Shown: piece after piece, positions 1-9,645 of the stretch
Numbering within the stretch: position 1 is the stretch's first letter
Layout of the letters: the number at the start of each line of letters is the position of its first letter
DNA from: an uncultured Gemmatimonadaceae bacterium
GTDB taxonomy: Bacteria; Gemmatimonadota; Gemmatimonadetes; Gemmatimonadales; Gemmatimonadaceae
Direction of reading: 5' to 3'
Length of the DNA: 64,000 nt
Assembly: GCA_963829055.1 (NCBI GenBank)
Contig: CAWHHI010000005.1
Location: forward strand, 256,001-320,000
Made by a program: the position numbers and the translations under genes
The notes under the pieces: model-generated
What the model was told of the DNA's origin: nothing
The model's database searches: none
Seen by the model: the letters and a program-made list of their open reading frames with translations, nothing else

Positions 1-322
1 GGCGGATCGCGTCGGTCGCGCGCGCCAGCCGCTCCAGATAGTCGGCCACGGACTCGTGGTCTTCACGCAGCGGGAGCGCGAAATGCGGGTCATCGGGTTG
101 CGTCGTATGACCACGCGGGCCCTCGTCCACCATGAGATCTCCGCCGTGCGATTCGACCGCCCGCTCGAAGCGCTCGACCGCTTCCACGATCTGCACAATC
201 TCGTCCGAGCGCTCGGTCCCGCTAAGTCGAATACCGAGCCCCGAGAGGCGACCGGCGTATTCGTTCGAGACGCGCCGTACGTCTTCGCTGTCTCCCGCCG
301 GACTGTTGTCTGATCGAGCCAT
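1..322 (-). CDS. Hypothetical protein, runs off the left window edge
   Basis: Not in the ORF track. ATG at 322 with a GAGGAG RBS upstream; open frame MARSDNSPAGDSEDVRRVSNEYAGRLSGLGIRLSGTERSDEIVQIVEAVERFERAVESHGGDLMVDEG... continues to position 1. Confidence 0.7.
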   Translation of the reverse strand, partial: MARSDNSPAGDSEDVRRVSNEYAGRLSGLGIRLSGTERSDEIVQIVEAVERFERAVESHGGDLMVDEGPRGHTTQPDDPHFALPLREDHESVADYLERLARATDAIR

Positions 323-355
323 GGCTGAATTCTCCTCGGAGTTCGGGTGCTGGCC

Positions 356-1183
356 TCACGCTGATGCGCGGGCTGCATGCAGATACTCGGCCGTCACGTC
401 GTCCGCTGGGAAGAAACACTCCAGCGCGATCTCCGCAACCGTGACGTCCACGGGTGTGCCGAACACCGTCGTCGTACCGATGAACGAGAGCACGCCGACA
501 TCCGTCTCGAGCTGCAGCGGCACGAACACGCGGCTGTCCGCGTGCGCGACCTGTGGCGGCGACGGCCGACGGGACTTCGGTACCGCGTAGTCGTTCAACT
601 CGGCCAGTAGGGCCGTCATGGTGGCGTCGCCCGTGATCTCGCACTCGCGCTGCAGCCGTTGCAGCAGGTAGGCGCGCCACTGTGCGAGATTGGCGATCCG
701 CGTCGCCAGGCCTTCTGGGTGAAGGCTGAGCCGCAGCACGTTGACGGGAGGCTCGAGGAGGAACGCGGCCGCGCCGGCGAGCAACGGAGAGAGCGCGCGA
801 TTCGCGGCCACGAGCGTCCAGTGCCGATCGATGGCCAGCGCCGGATAGGGCTCGTGCGCCTCCAGCACTCGCTCGACGGCGTGACGTACGGCGCCGAGCG
901 CGGGGTCGTCGAGCGCGCGTTCCGGGAAGACGGGCGCGAAGCCGGCGGCGACGAGCAGGCGATTCCGCTCGCGGAGCGGCACGTCCAACTGTTCGGCCAG
1001 GTGCAGCACCATGTCCCGGCTCGGCTGCGATCGCCCTGATTCGACGAAGCTGAGATGGCGCTGCGACACGCCGGCCTGGAGCGCGAGCGCCAGCTGGCTC
1101 TGATGGCGGCGTCGACGCCAGTCGCGAAGCAGTGCGCCGAGGGACGCGTGAGGCGGGAGATCGGAGCGGACCGCGGTGGCCAT
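356..1183 (-). CDS. XRE-family HTH transcriptional regulator with MmyB-like ligand-binding domain
   Basis: N-terminal HTH (LGALLRDWRRRRHQSQLALALQAGVSQRHLSFVESGRSQPS); C-terminal HEPYPALAIDRHW...TTTVFGTPVDVTVAEIALECFFPAD typical of MmyB-like proteins. Confidence 0.9.
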   Translation of the reverse strand: MATAVRSDLPPHASLGALLRDWRRRRHQSQLALALQAGVSQRHLSFVESGRSQPSRDMVLHLAEQLDVPLRERNRLLVAAGFAPVFPERALDDPALGAVRHAVERVLEAHEPYPALAIDRHWTLVAANRALSPLLAGAAAFLLEPPVNVLRLSLHPEGLATRIANLAQWRAYLLQRLQRECEITGDATMTALLAELNDYAVPKSRRPSPPQVAHADSRVFVPLQLETDVGVLSFIGTTTVFGTPVDVTVAEIALECFFPADDVTAEYLHAARASA

Positions 1184-1215
1184 TGCCGGAAAGTATCCGC
1201 GCCCCGGACGCCGGC

Positions 1216-1236
1216 CAATTACCTCGGGCGTAATTG
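1216..1236. promoter_or_regulatory. Palindromic operator, probably for the XRE/MmyB regulator
   Basis: CAATTAC-N7-GTAATTG inverted repeat just upstream of the regulator start codon. Confidence 0.55.
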
Positions 1237-1298
1237 AACGTTGGCGGCGGTCAGGGCATCATGGCTTCATGACGCACTGCCTAACGACCACCACGAGC

Positions 1299-1904
1299 CT
1301 AACGCCGATTCGCCCCGCGGCCGCCGGTCTGAGCGCTCCGCGCCGCGATCAGCGCGTCCACGGACCGCATGAGGTGCTCGCCGACACGCTTGAGCCCGAT
1401 GCACTGCACGCACGCCTTGGCGCCCTCGATCATCATGTAGAACTGATCGGCCGCCAGCTCGGGCTCGGGGAAATCGGCCTCGCGGCAGAGTGTGAGCACG
1501 CGGTCGTGCTCCCGCACGCGGTGCTCATCGATCAAGCGGCGCGCCGGGTGGTCGGGCTCGGGGAGATCCGCCAGTGCGTTGCCTAACGTCGACCCGCGTT
1601 CCTCCATCTCGGCGAACTTCGCAGCCACGCGGCGACTCCAGTCCACGAGCTGCGCCTGCGGGTCACCCGGATGCGCGATGGCGATCGCTTCCCAGTCCTC
1701 CTCCTTCTTCTCGATGATGCCGCGCACCCACTCCGTCACGAGCTCGTCCTTCGACGCGAAGTGACGATACAGGGTCATTTTGTTCGTCCCCGCCGCCTCG
1801 GCCAGCGCTTCCACGCCGACACCCCGAATGCCGACGCGACGAAACAAGTCGTCGGCAGCCTCGAGAATGCGTTGGCGTGGAGGGACGCGGGTGGTGTCGG
1901 TCAT
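1299..1904 (-). CDS. TetR/AcrR-family transcriptional regulator
   Basis: RQRILEAADDLFRRVGIRGVGVEALAEAAGTNKMTLYRHFASKDEL HTH; divergent from the efflux operon. Confidence 0.93.
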   Translation of the reverse strand: MTDTTRVPPRQRILEAADDLFRRVGIRGVGVEALAEAAGTNKMTLYRHFASKDELVTEWVRGIIEKKEEDWEAIAIAHPGDPQAQLVDWSRRVAAKFAEMEERGSTLGNALADLPEPDHPARRLIDEHRVREHDRVLTLCREADFPEPELAADQFYMMIEGAKACVQCIGLKRVGEHLMRSVDALIAARSAQTGGRGANRR

Positions 1905-1943
1905 GACAAAAGCGAGTGCGTCGAATTCGGAGACGACTGTGAC

Positions 1944-1994
1944 TTGACTTGTGTGTTACCGATCGGTAACATGCCCAATGTTACCGATCGGTAC
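1944..1994 (+). promoter_or_regulatory. Sigma70-like promoter overlapped by two TetR operators
   Basis: TTGACT (1944-1949) -17 bp- TAACAT (1967-1972); perfect palindrome TGTTACCGATCGGTAACA (1954-1971) and a near-copy TGTTACCGATCGGTAC (1979-1994). Confidence 0.8.
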
Positions 1995-2240
1995 CTCGTT
2001 TGGTAAGGTACCCGTGACTGTTCACTTGGTTCGCGGACGTCGCAATGAAGCTCTTCCAAATCAGCACCACGGACCGACCGCGCACCAGATGGGATTCCCC
2101 GATATCGCGCCGCGCGGGCCCCGCGGTCGAGGTCGGGCTCGGCGGCTCCTGACCGCCGCAACCCCGCCGACTCATCAGGATCCAGTCCATCAATGTCCGA
2201 GCGGCGGAGCACCATAGCGTTACAGAGAGGAATCGCTCCT

Positions 2241-2852
2241 ATGTCTACCAACGCCATTTCTACCCCGGCCCGCCTCGCGGCGGTTGCAGCCTTCACTCTT
2301 TCCAGCGCCTTCGGCGCGGCGAACCTCGACGCGCAGGACATGGCCACGCACACCTCGAATGGTTTCGAGCTCAGGCCCTACGCAGGCGCGTACATCCCCA
2401 CCGGCCAGCAGCGCGACGTGCTGAAGGACGCCGTGCTCATTGGCGGGCAAGCGTCATACCGGATCCTTCCCCAGCTCGCGCTCACCGGCACCCTCGGATG
2501 GTCGCCGAGCAAGGACCGTGTTACCCCGGGCGACCAGACGGTCGACCTGTGGCAGTACGACCTCGGCGCCGAGCTCCGCGCGCCGTCATGGCTCACGTCC
2601 GGCGCGTGGGATTTCACGCCGTTCATCGGACTCGGCGGCGGCGGTCGCACGTACAACTACCGCGATCTCGACGTCGACTCGAAGACCAACGTCGCCGGCT
2701 ACGGCACGCTGGGCGGTGAGATCGGGTTCGGCCGCATCGGACTGCGCATCGAGGGACGTGACTACGTCTCGCAGTTCAAGCCGTTCGACGGCGGCGACTC
2801 CAAGACGCGGAACGACGTGACCGTCGCCGCGGGCCTAACGCTGCGCTTCTGA
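2241..2852 (+). CDS. Outer-membrane beta-barrel protein (OmpA-like transmembrane/porin family)
   Basis: Signal peptide, alternating beta-strand pattern (FELRPYAGAY, FTPFIGLGGG, IGLRIEGRDY), C-terminal Phe (LTLRF). Confidence 0.75.
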   Translation: MSTNAISTPARLAAVAAFTLSSAFGAANLDAQDMATHTSNGFELRPYAGAYIPTGQQRDVLKDAVLIGGQASYRILPQLALTGTLGWSPSKDRVTPGDQTVDLWQYDLGAELRAPSWLTSGAWDFTPFIGLGGGGRTYNYRDLDVDSKTNVAGYGTLGGEIGFGRIGLRIEGRDYVSQFKPFDGGDSKTRNDVTVAAGLTLRF

Positions 2853-2933
2853 TCGCCATCACCAACTAACCTGACGCGCGCCGCCGGCCGACGCTTTCAC
2901 CGGCTTCAACCGGCGGCGCGCATGGGAGAACGA

Positions 2934-4134
2934 ATGCCTTTCATGAAAGACACCACCCGCGCGACCATCGGCACCATGCTGGACACCGCCGCGCGCCGTA
3001 CGCTCGCCGCCGGCATCGTCGCGGCAAGCGTCCTGATCGCCGCGTGCAGCAAGCCGACGCCGCCTCCGCAGCCGTCGCAGGTGACCGTCGCGCCAGCCAT
3101 CGGCCGTCAGGTCGCCGACTGGGATGAGTTCAGCGGACACTTCGAACCGGTGAACGCGGTCGACGTCCGGCCGCGCGTGTCGGGCTTCGTGGATCGCGTC
3201 ACGTTCACCGAAGGGTCGATCGTCAAGCGCGGCGATCCATTGTTTTACATCGACGCTCGCCCGTACCAGGCGGAGGTCGAGCGGGCCGAGGCGCAGCTCG
3301 TGCAGGCGAGGACGCGGGCGCAGCTGGCGCAGGGCGAGCAGGAGCGCGCTCAGCGGCTCGTCGCCACGCAGGCGATCTCACGCGAGGAGCTCGACACGCG
3401 CACGAGCGGACGCGCCGAGGGTGACGCGGCCGTGCGTGCGGCGCAAGCCGCGCTGACGACCGCGCGTCTCAATCTCGAGTGGACGGTCGTGCGCGCACCG
3501 ATCTCCGGTCGCATCAGTCGCGCGGCGATCACGGCCGGCAATCTCGTACAGGCCGGTCCGCCAGCGGCGACGCTGCTGACGACGATCGTCTCGCTCGATC
3601 CCATCTACGTCTACTTCGACAGCGACGAGCACTCGTACCTGCAGTACGTGCGCAGCATGCGCGCGGGCTCGTCGAAGCAGTTGCCGGTCTACATCGGTCT
3701 CGACGAACGAGACCGGTTTCCCGCACGAAGGGAAGCTCGACTTCGTCGACAACCGCCTCGACGCCGGCGCTGGCACGATCCGCGTGCGTGCGCTCGTTCC
3801 GAACCCGAACCAGCAGTTCGCGCCAGGCCTGTTCGCGCGCGTTCGGCTCGTGGGCGCGGAGCAGCACGCGGTCACGCTCATTCAGGATCAGGCTGTCGGC
3901 ACCGATCAGGATCGCAAGTTCGTGCTGATTCTCAAGCCGGACAGCAGTGTCGAGTACCGCCCTGTGTCCCTCGGCCGCCTGGTCGACGGTCTTCGCGTCG
4001 TGAACTCCGGCCTCAAGCCGGGCGAGGACGTCGTCATCAACGGCCTGCTGCGCGTTCGACCGGGCATGAAGGTCCTGGCCAAGCGCGCCACTATGGCCGG
4101 CGACTCGGCCACACTCGCGACCGCGACGCCGTAA
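2934..4134 (+). CDS. RND efflux periplasmic adaptor (MexE/AcrA-like), frameshifted near 3710
   Basis: Lipobox AAC, VDVRPRVSGFV, VRAPISGRISR; continues in the next frame (FVDNRLDAGAGTIRVRA...GLKPGEDVVINGL). Start codon uncertain (2922/2934/2943). Confidence 0.9.
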
Positions 4135-4183
4135 CGCGCCGCCGGTCATAAGCTCTCGCTTACCTCTACTCGGAGTAACTCAC

Positions 4184-7100
4184 GTGCGCTTCTCACGCTT
4201 CTTCATCGACCGCCCGATTTTCGCGGTCGTGTTATCGCTCGTCGTTCTCGCCGCCGGGCTCATCTCGATCTTCGCGCTGCCGGTGAGCGAGTACCCCGAG
4301 GTGGCGCCGCCGACGATCACGGTGCGCGCCGTCTATCCCGGCGCGAACCCGACGGTGCTCGCGCAGACCGTCGGCACGCCGCTCGAGGATGCCATCAACG
4401 GCGTCGAGCAGATGCTCTACATGTCGTCGTCGGCCACCGCCGATGGCGTGTTGAACCTCACCGTCACGTTCGAGATCGGCACCAACGTCGATCTCGCGCA
4501 GGTGCAGGTGCAGAACCGCGTGAGTCAGGCGCTCGCGCGACTTGCCGGAAGAGGTGCGCGCGTTCGGTGTCACGACCGAGAAGCGGTCGCCCGACATCAC
4601 GATGGTCGTGCACCTCGTCTCGCCGGACGGGCGCTACGACCCCGTCTACCTGCGCAACTACGCGTTGCTCAACGTCAGGAACGAGCTCGCGCGTCTCCCG
4701 GGCGCCGGGCAGGTCGTCGTGTTCGGCGCGGGCGACTACGCGATGCGCGTCTGGCTCGACCCGAACAAGGTTGCGGCGCGCAGACTGTCGGCGAGCGACG
4801 TCGTGAACGCGATTCGCGAGCAGAATCTGCAGGTCGCGGCCGGCGTCGTCGGCGCGCCGCCGATGCCGAATCCGCAGGCGTATCAGCTGACCGTCCGCGC
4901 GCGCGGGCGGCTCGTCGACGAGACGGAGTTCGGCAACATCATCGTGAAGACCGGCGAGGACGGCGAGGTCACACGTCTTCGCGACGTCGCGCGCATCGAG
5001 CTCGGCGCCGGCGACTTCGCGCTGCGCGCGCTGCTCAACAACAAGTCGGCGGTCGCGATCGTCGTCTTCCAGGCACCCGGCTCCAACGCGCTCGCGCTCT
5101 CGAGCGGCGTTCGCGAGAAGATGGCCGAGCTCAAGACGCGGTTCCCGCAGGGTGTGGAGTGGGCGGCCGTGTACGACCCGACGGTCTTCGTGCGCGATTC
5201 GATTCACGAAGTCATCCGCACGCTGCTCGAGGCCACGCTCATGGTGGTCCTCGTCGTCGTGCTGTTCCTGCAGACGTGGCGCGCGTCGATCATTCCGCTC
5301 GCCGCCGTCCCGATCTCCATCGTCGGCACGTTCGCGGTGATGCTCGCGGCGGGCTTCTCGATCAACACGCTGTCGCTGTTCGGGCTCGTGCTCGCGATCG
5401 GCATCGTCGTCGACGACGCCATCGTCGTCGTCGAGAACGTCGAACGTCATATCGAGGAAGGGCTGTCGCCGCTCGAGGCGAGCCACAGCGCCATGGAAGA
5501 AGTGAGCGGGCCGATCATCGCGATCGCGCTCGTGCTGTGCGCCGTGTTCGTGCCGGTCGCGTTCATCAGCGGACTGACTGGACAGTTCTACCGGCAGTTC
5601 GCGCTCACGATCGCGTTCTCGACGCTCATCTCGGCGTTCAACTCGCTCACGCTCTCGCCGGCGCTGGCCGCGGTGTTGCTCAAGCCGCGCAACGCAGCCG
5701 GCAGATCGCCCGACGCGCGTGATGAACCGGCTGCTCGGCTGGCTGTTCGTGCCGTTCAACCGCGTGTTCGCCCGAGCGTCCGAGCGCTATCGCAACGTCA
5801 CTGCGCCGCATCATCGGGCGGTCGGCGGTGTCGCTCGCCGTGTACGGCGGCCTCGTCGCGCTCGGCGTGCTCGGCTTCTCGCGCGTGCCGGCCGGCTTCG
5901 TGCCGACGCCAGGACAAGCAGTACCTCGTCGCCATCGCGCAGCTGCCTGACGCGGCGTCGCTCGACCGCACGGAAGCCGTCGTGCGTCGCATGGGCGAGA
6001 TCGCGCTGGCGCAGCCGGGCGTCGAGCACGACGGTGCAGTTCCCCGGTCTGTCGGTGAACGGATTCGCGAACAAGCCTAACGCCGCCGTGATCTTCATCG
6101 GCCTCAAGCCGTTCGAGGAGCGGACGTCGAAGGAGCTGAGCAGCGGCGCGATCGTCGGGGCGCTCAACCAGAAGCTGAGCGTCATCCAGGACGCGTTCGT
6201 CGCCGTCTTCCCGCCGCCGGCCGTGAACGGACTCGGCGCGATCGGCGGATTCAAGCTGCAGCTGGAGGATCGCGCCGGGCTCGGCGATTCCGCGCTCTAC
6301 GCCGCCGCGCAGACGCTGCTCGGCCAAGACGTACCAGACGCCGCAGCTCGCCGGACCGTTCTCGAGCTTCCAGGTGAACGTGCCGCAGCTGTTCGCCGAC
6401 GTCGATCGCGACAAGGCGAAGCAGCTGGACGTTCCGCTGACGGATCTGTTCCAGACGCTCCGCATCTATCTCGGCTCCGCGTACGTGAACGACTTCAACA
6501 AGTTCGGTCGCACGTATCAGGTGATCGCGCAGGCGGACGCGCCGTTCCGCGCGACGGCCGAGAACATCACGCAGCTCAAGGTGCGGAACACGCGCGGCGA
6601 GATGGTGCCGCTCGGCTCGCGTGCTCACCGTGAAGCAGTCGTACGGACCGGACCAGGTCACGCACTACAACGGCTACCCGTCCGCCGACATCAACGGCAG
6701 CGCGGCGCCGGGCGTGAGCTCGGGTGAGGCGGTCGCGACGATGGAGCGGCTCGCGGCGGAGACGCTGCCTAACGGCATCAGCGTGGACTGGACGGAGCTG
6801 ACGTACCAGCAGAAGCTCGCTGGCAACACGGCCATCTTCGTCTTCCCGCTGTGCGTGCTGCTCGTGTTCGTCGTGCTGGCCGCGCAGTACGAGAGCTGGT
6901 CGCTGCCGCTCGTGATCATCCTGATCGTGCCGATGACGCTCTTGTCGGCGATCGCGGGCGTGTGGATCACGCGTGGTGACAACAACGTGTTCACGCAGAT
7001 CGGCCTGCTCGTGCTCGTGGGGCTGGCGTGCAAGAACGCGATATTGATCGTCGAGTTCGCGCGCGATCTCGAGCACCAGGGGCGCGATCGCCTGACCGCG

Positions 7101-7418
7101 GCGCTCGAGGCGAGCCGCATCCGTCTGCGCCCGATTCTCATGACGTCGTTCGCGTTCATCATGGGCGTCGTTCCGCTCGTGATCGCGAAGGGCGCCGGCG
7201 CCGAGATGCGTCGCGTCATGGGCATCGCCGTGTTCTCCGGGATGCTCGGCGTCACGTTCTTCGGCCTGCTGTTCACGCCGGTCTTCTACGTACTCATTCG
7301 CGGTCTCGCCTCGAGAGGCGCAGCAAAGACCGATGCCCCGTCGGATGACGACGTGCGTCCGCTGCGCATTCCCGAGCGCATTCGCGCGGTTGGTGGAGAG
7401 GGAGTGTCCCATGCGTAA
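4184..7418 (+). CDS. RND efflux permease (MexF/BepE-like, HAE1), several frameshifts
   Basis: MRFSRFFIDRPIFAVV, GIVVDDAIVVVENVER, GLACKNAILIVEFA and RLRPILMTSFAFIMGVVPL are spread over ORFs 4184, 4542, 5719, 6374 and 6621. Confidence 0.93.
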
Positions 7419-8920
7419 TTCGTTGCCCCTGTATCTCATGCTCGCCGCGTTCGCAGCCGCCTGTGTCGGCGCGCCGGCGTATCAACCGCCGAGCGTGCGC
7501 GTGGCGCCGGCGTATAGCGCGGTCGCGCGCGAGTCGGCTCGCCCGAGTGCGGCGGATTCGAGCCGGCCGTCGTCGCGGACTTCGGTGACGGCGATCAGCT
7601 CCCAGTCGGGAACGGACGCCGTCGCCCGGTCCGCGCAGTACAGCACCGCCGTCTCGGCAGCACCATTCTGGCGTGACCTCGGTGATCCGACGCTGACTCG
7701 GCTCATCGAGGAGGCGTTGCGCACGAGCACCGATGTGAGCGCGGCCGAGGCGCGCGTCACGAGCGCGCGGGCGACGCGGCGGGTGTCGTCGTTCGACCTC
7801 GCGCCGACCATCACGGCGGTCGGGAGCGCGATGCGGCAGCGGTCGTCCATCGCGCAGCTGCCGGGCCTAACGAGTCAGCTGCCGCAGCAGACCCTGTACG
7901 ACGTCGGCTTCGACGCGTCGTGGGAACTGGACGTGTTCGGGCGGGTGAACCGCACCGTGAATGCGTACCACACGCTCGCGGTGTCGGCGGAGCATGGCTT
8001 GCGCGACGTGCAGGTGACGCTCGCGGCGGAGGTCGCGCGCACGTACTTCGAGCTGCGTGGGGCCGAGCAGCAGCTCGCTGTCGCGCGGCGCAATTCGGAG
8101 AATCAGCGCCGCACTGTCTCGCTCACTGAAGATCGACTGACTGCTGGGCGCGGCACGGCGTTCGACACGGAGCGGGCGAAGAGCTCGTTGAGTCTGACAC
8201 TCGCCGCGATTCCCATCCTCGAGTCGCGGATCGCGGCCGATCGTAATCGTATCGCGACGCTCGTTGGTCGCGCCGCGGGAACGTTGCCGGCTGAGTGGCT
8301 TCCGGCGGGCGATCTTCCGACGCTGCCGGACACCGTGCGTATTGGATCGCCGACGCAGCTCGTGCGTCAACGTCCGGATGTGTTGAGCGCCGAACGCCAG
8401 CTCGCGGCGCAGTCGCAGTTCGTCGGTGCCGCGCAGTCGGAGTATCTGCCTCGACTTTCTCTCGCCGCGAACGCCGGCTATCTCGCCGACCGCGTTCGAC
8501 TCGCTGAGCCGGAATGGGACGTCGCGCTTCGTGGCGGGTCCGGTGCTGTCGTGGCCGTTGCTCGATCTCGGCCGCGTGAAGGCGCGCGTGGACGTCGCGC
8601 ACGCCAACGAGGACGCGGCGAAGGCGCAGTACAGCGCGACTGTGTTGCGCGCAGTGGAGGAGACGGAGACGTCGCTCGTCACGTACGATCGCGCGCATGC
8701 GCGGTTGGCGTTGCTGAACGAGGCGGTGCGTGCCAGCACGCGCGCGTCCGAGCTCGCGCAGCAGCGGTTCGAGGCGGGGCTCACGGACTTCCTGCAGGTG
8801 CTCGACGCGCAGCGTACGCAGCTCGACGCCGAGAACCAGCTGGCGCAGGCGCACACGGCGGCGGCAACGTCGCTGGTGGCGGTCTACAAGGCGGTGGGAG
8901 GAACCTGGCCGATTCGGTGA
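7411..8920 (+). CDS. Outer-membrane efflux factor (NodT/OprN/TolC family lipoprotein), frameshifted near 8485
   Basis: Lipobox AAAC, ASWELDVFGR, RQRPDVLSAERQLAA, C-terminal LVAVYKAVGGTW; start overlaps the permease end. Confidence 0.9.
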
Positions 8921-8948
8921 CCGTGTGTCACGCTGACCCGCACTACGC

Positions 8949-9051
8949 AACGCAGAGCGCTCTGAATGCGCAGAAAGACGCAGAAAAGAACTTGAACGAA
9001 TTGCTATTGCTGTTTTCTGCGACGGTCTGCGCGTTCAGAGCGCTCTGCGTT
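8949..9051. repeat. Long imperfect palindrome (REP-like, CGCAGA-rich)
   Basis: AACGCAGAGCGCTCTGAATGCGCAGA (8949-8974) pairs with TCTGCGCGTTCAGAGCGCTCTGCGTT (9026-9051); inner CGCAGAAAA/TTTTCTGCG arms; AT-rich loop. Confidence 0.8.
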
Positions 9052-9112
9052 CCGCCGTTCCGAGTCCAGATCGCGAACCCCGAGCGAGTACGGGCTACGA
9101 TGACCATCACAG

Positions 9113-9141
9113 AAGATCCCTCGCTGACGCTCGGGATGACA
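9113..9141. repeat. Partial GTCATCC/GGATGAC-type REP-like element end
   Basis: AGATCCCTCGCTGACGCTCGGGATGACA resembles the right end of the element at 14559-14695. Confidence 0.5.
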
Positions 9142-9185
9142 TGGGCGCTTCGCTCGGGAACGGAAGACTCGTGAGGAGAGCTGAC

Positions 9186-9635
9186 ATGAGCATGCAGCAC
9201 GTGACGATCGACGACACGCGCGCCTGGTTTCAGGCCGGCGAGCGCGAGGTGTTCATTGGCGGGGTGCTCGACCTCGCGACGACCGCGACCACGCGCGTCA
9301 GGTTTGCACGGTACGGAAGGGGAGCCACACACGAATGGATGGTCACCGTCGACGAGACGTTGATCGTGACGAAGGGCGCGCTCACGGTGCGTACGGCCAC
9401 GAGCACGCAGACGGCGCGGACCGGCGAGGTGATCTCACTCGCGAAGGGAACGCGTGTGGTATACCGGGGCGAGGAGGACGACACGGAAGTGGTGTTCGTG
9501 ACGCACGTGCAGTCGGCGGACGCGCCGCGGTACGTCGATCGCGCGGCCGCGATCGAGGAACCACGCCTAACGCTGGTTCCGGGAACGATCTCCTCCGCGG
9601 GGGCCGGTGTGACACCGCTCCGACGAGGCGCGTAG
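9186..9635 (+). CDS. Cupin-domain protein (EutQ-like)
   Basis: GAGGAG RBS; FARYGRGATHEWMVTVDETLIVTKGALTV...ARTGEVISLAKGTRVVY cupin pattern. Confidence 0.7.
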   Translation: MSMQHVTIDDTRAWFQAGEREVFIGGVLDLATTATTRVRFARYGRGATHEWMVTVDETLIVTKGALTVRTATSTQTARTGEVISLAKGTRVVYRGEEDDTEVVFVTHVQSADAPRYVDRAAAIEEPRLTLVPGTISSAGAGVTPLRRGA

Positions 9636-9645
9636 CCAGCAGAGG

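Noticed and set aside
4184..7418. Programmed frameshifting or a split RND permease
   Set aside because: Several scattered shifts with no slippery-site pattern; better explained by sequencing indels.
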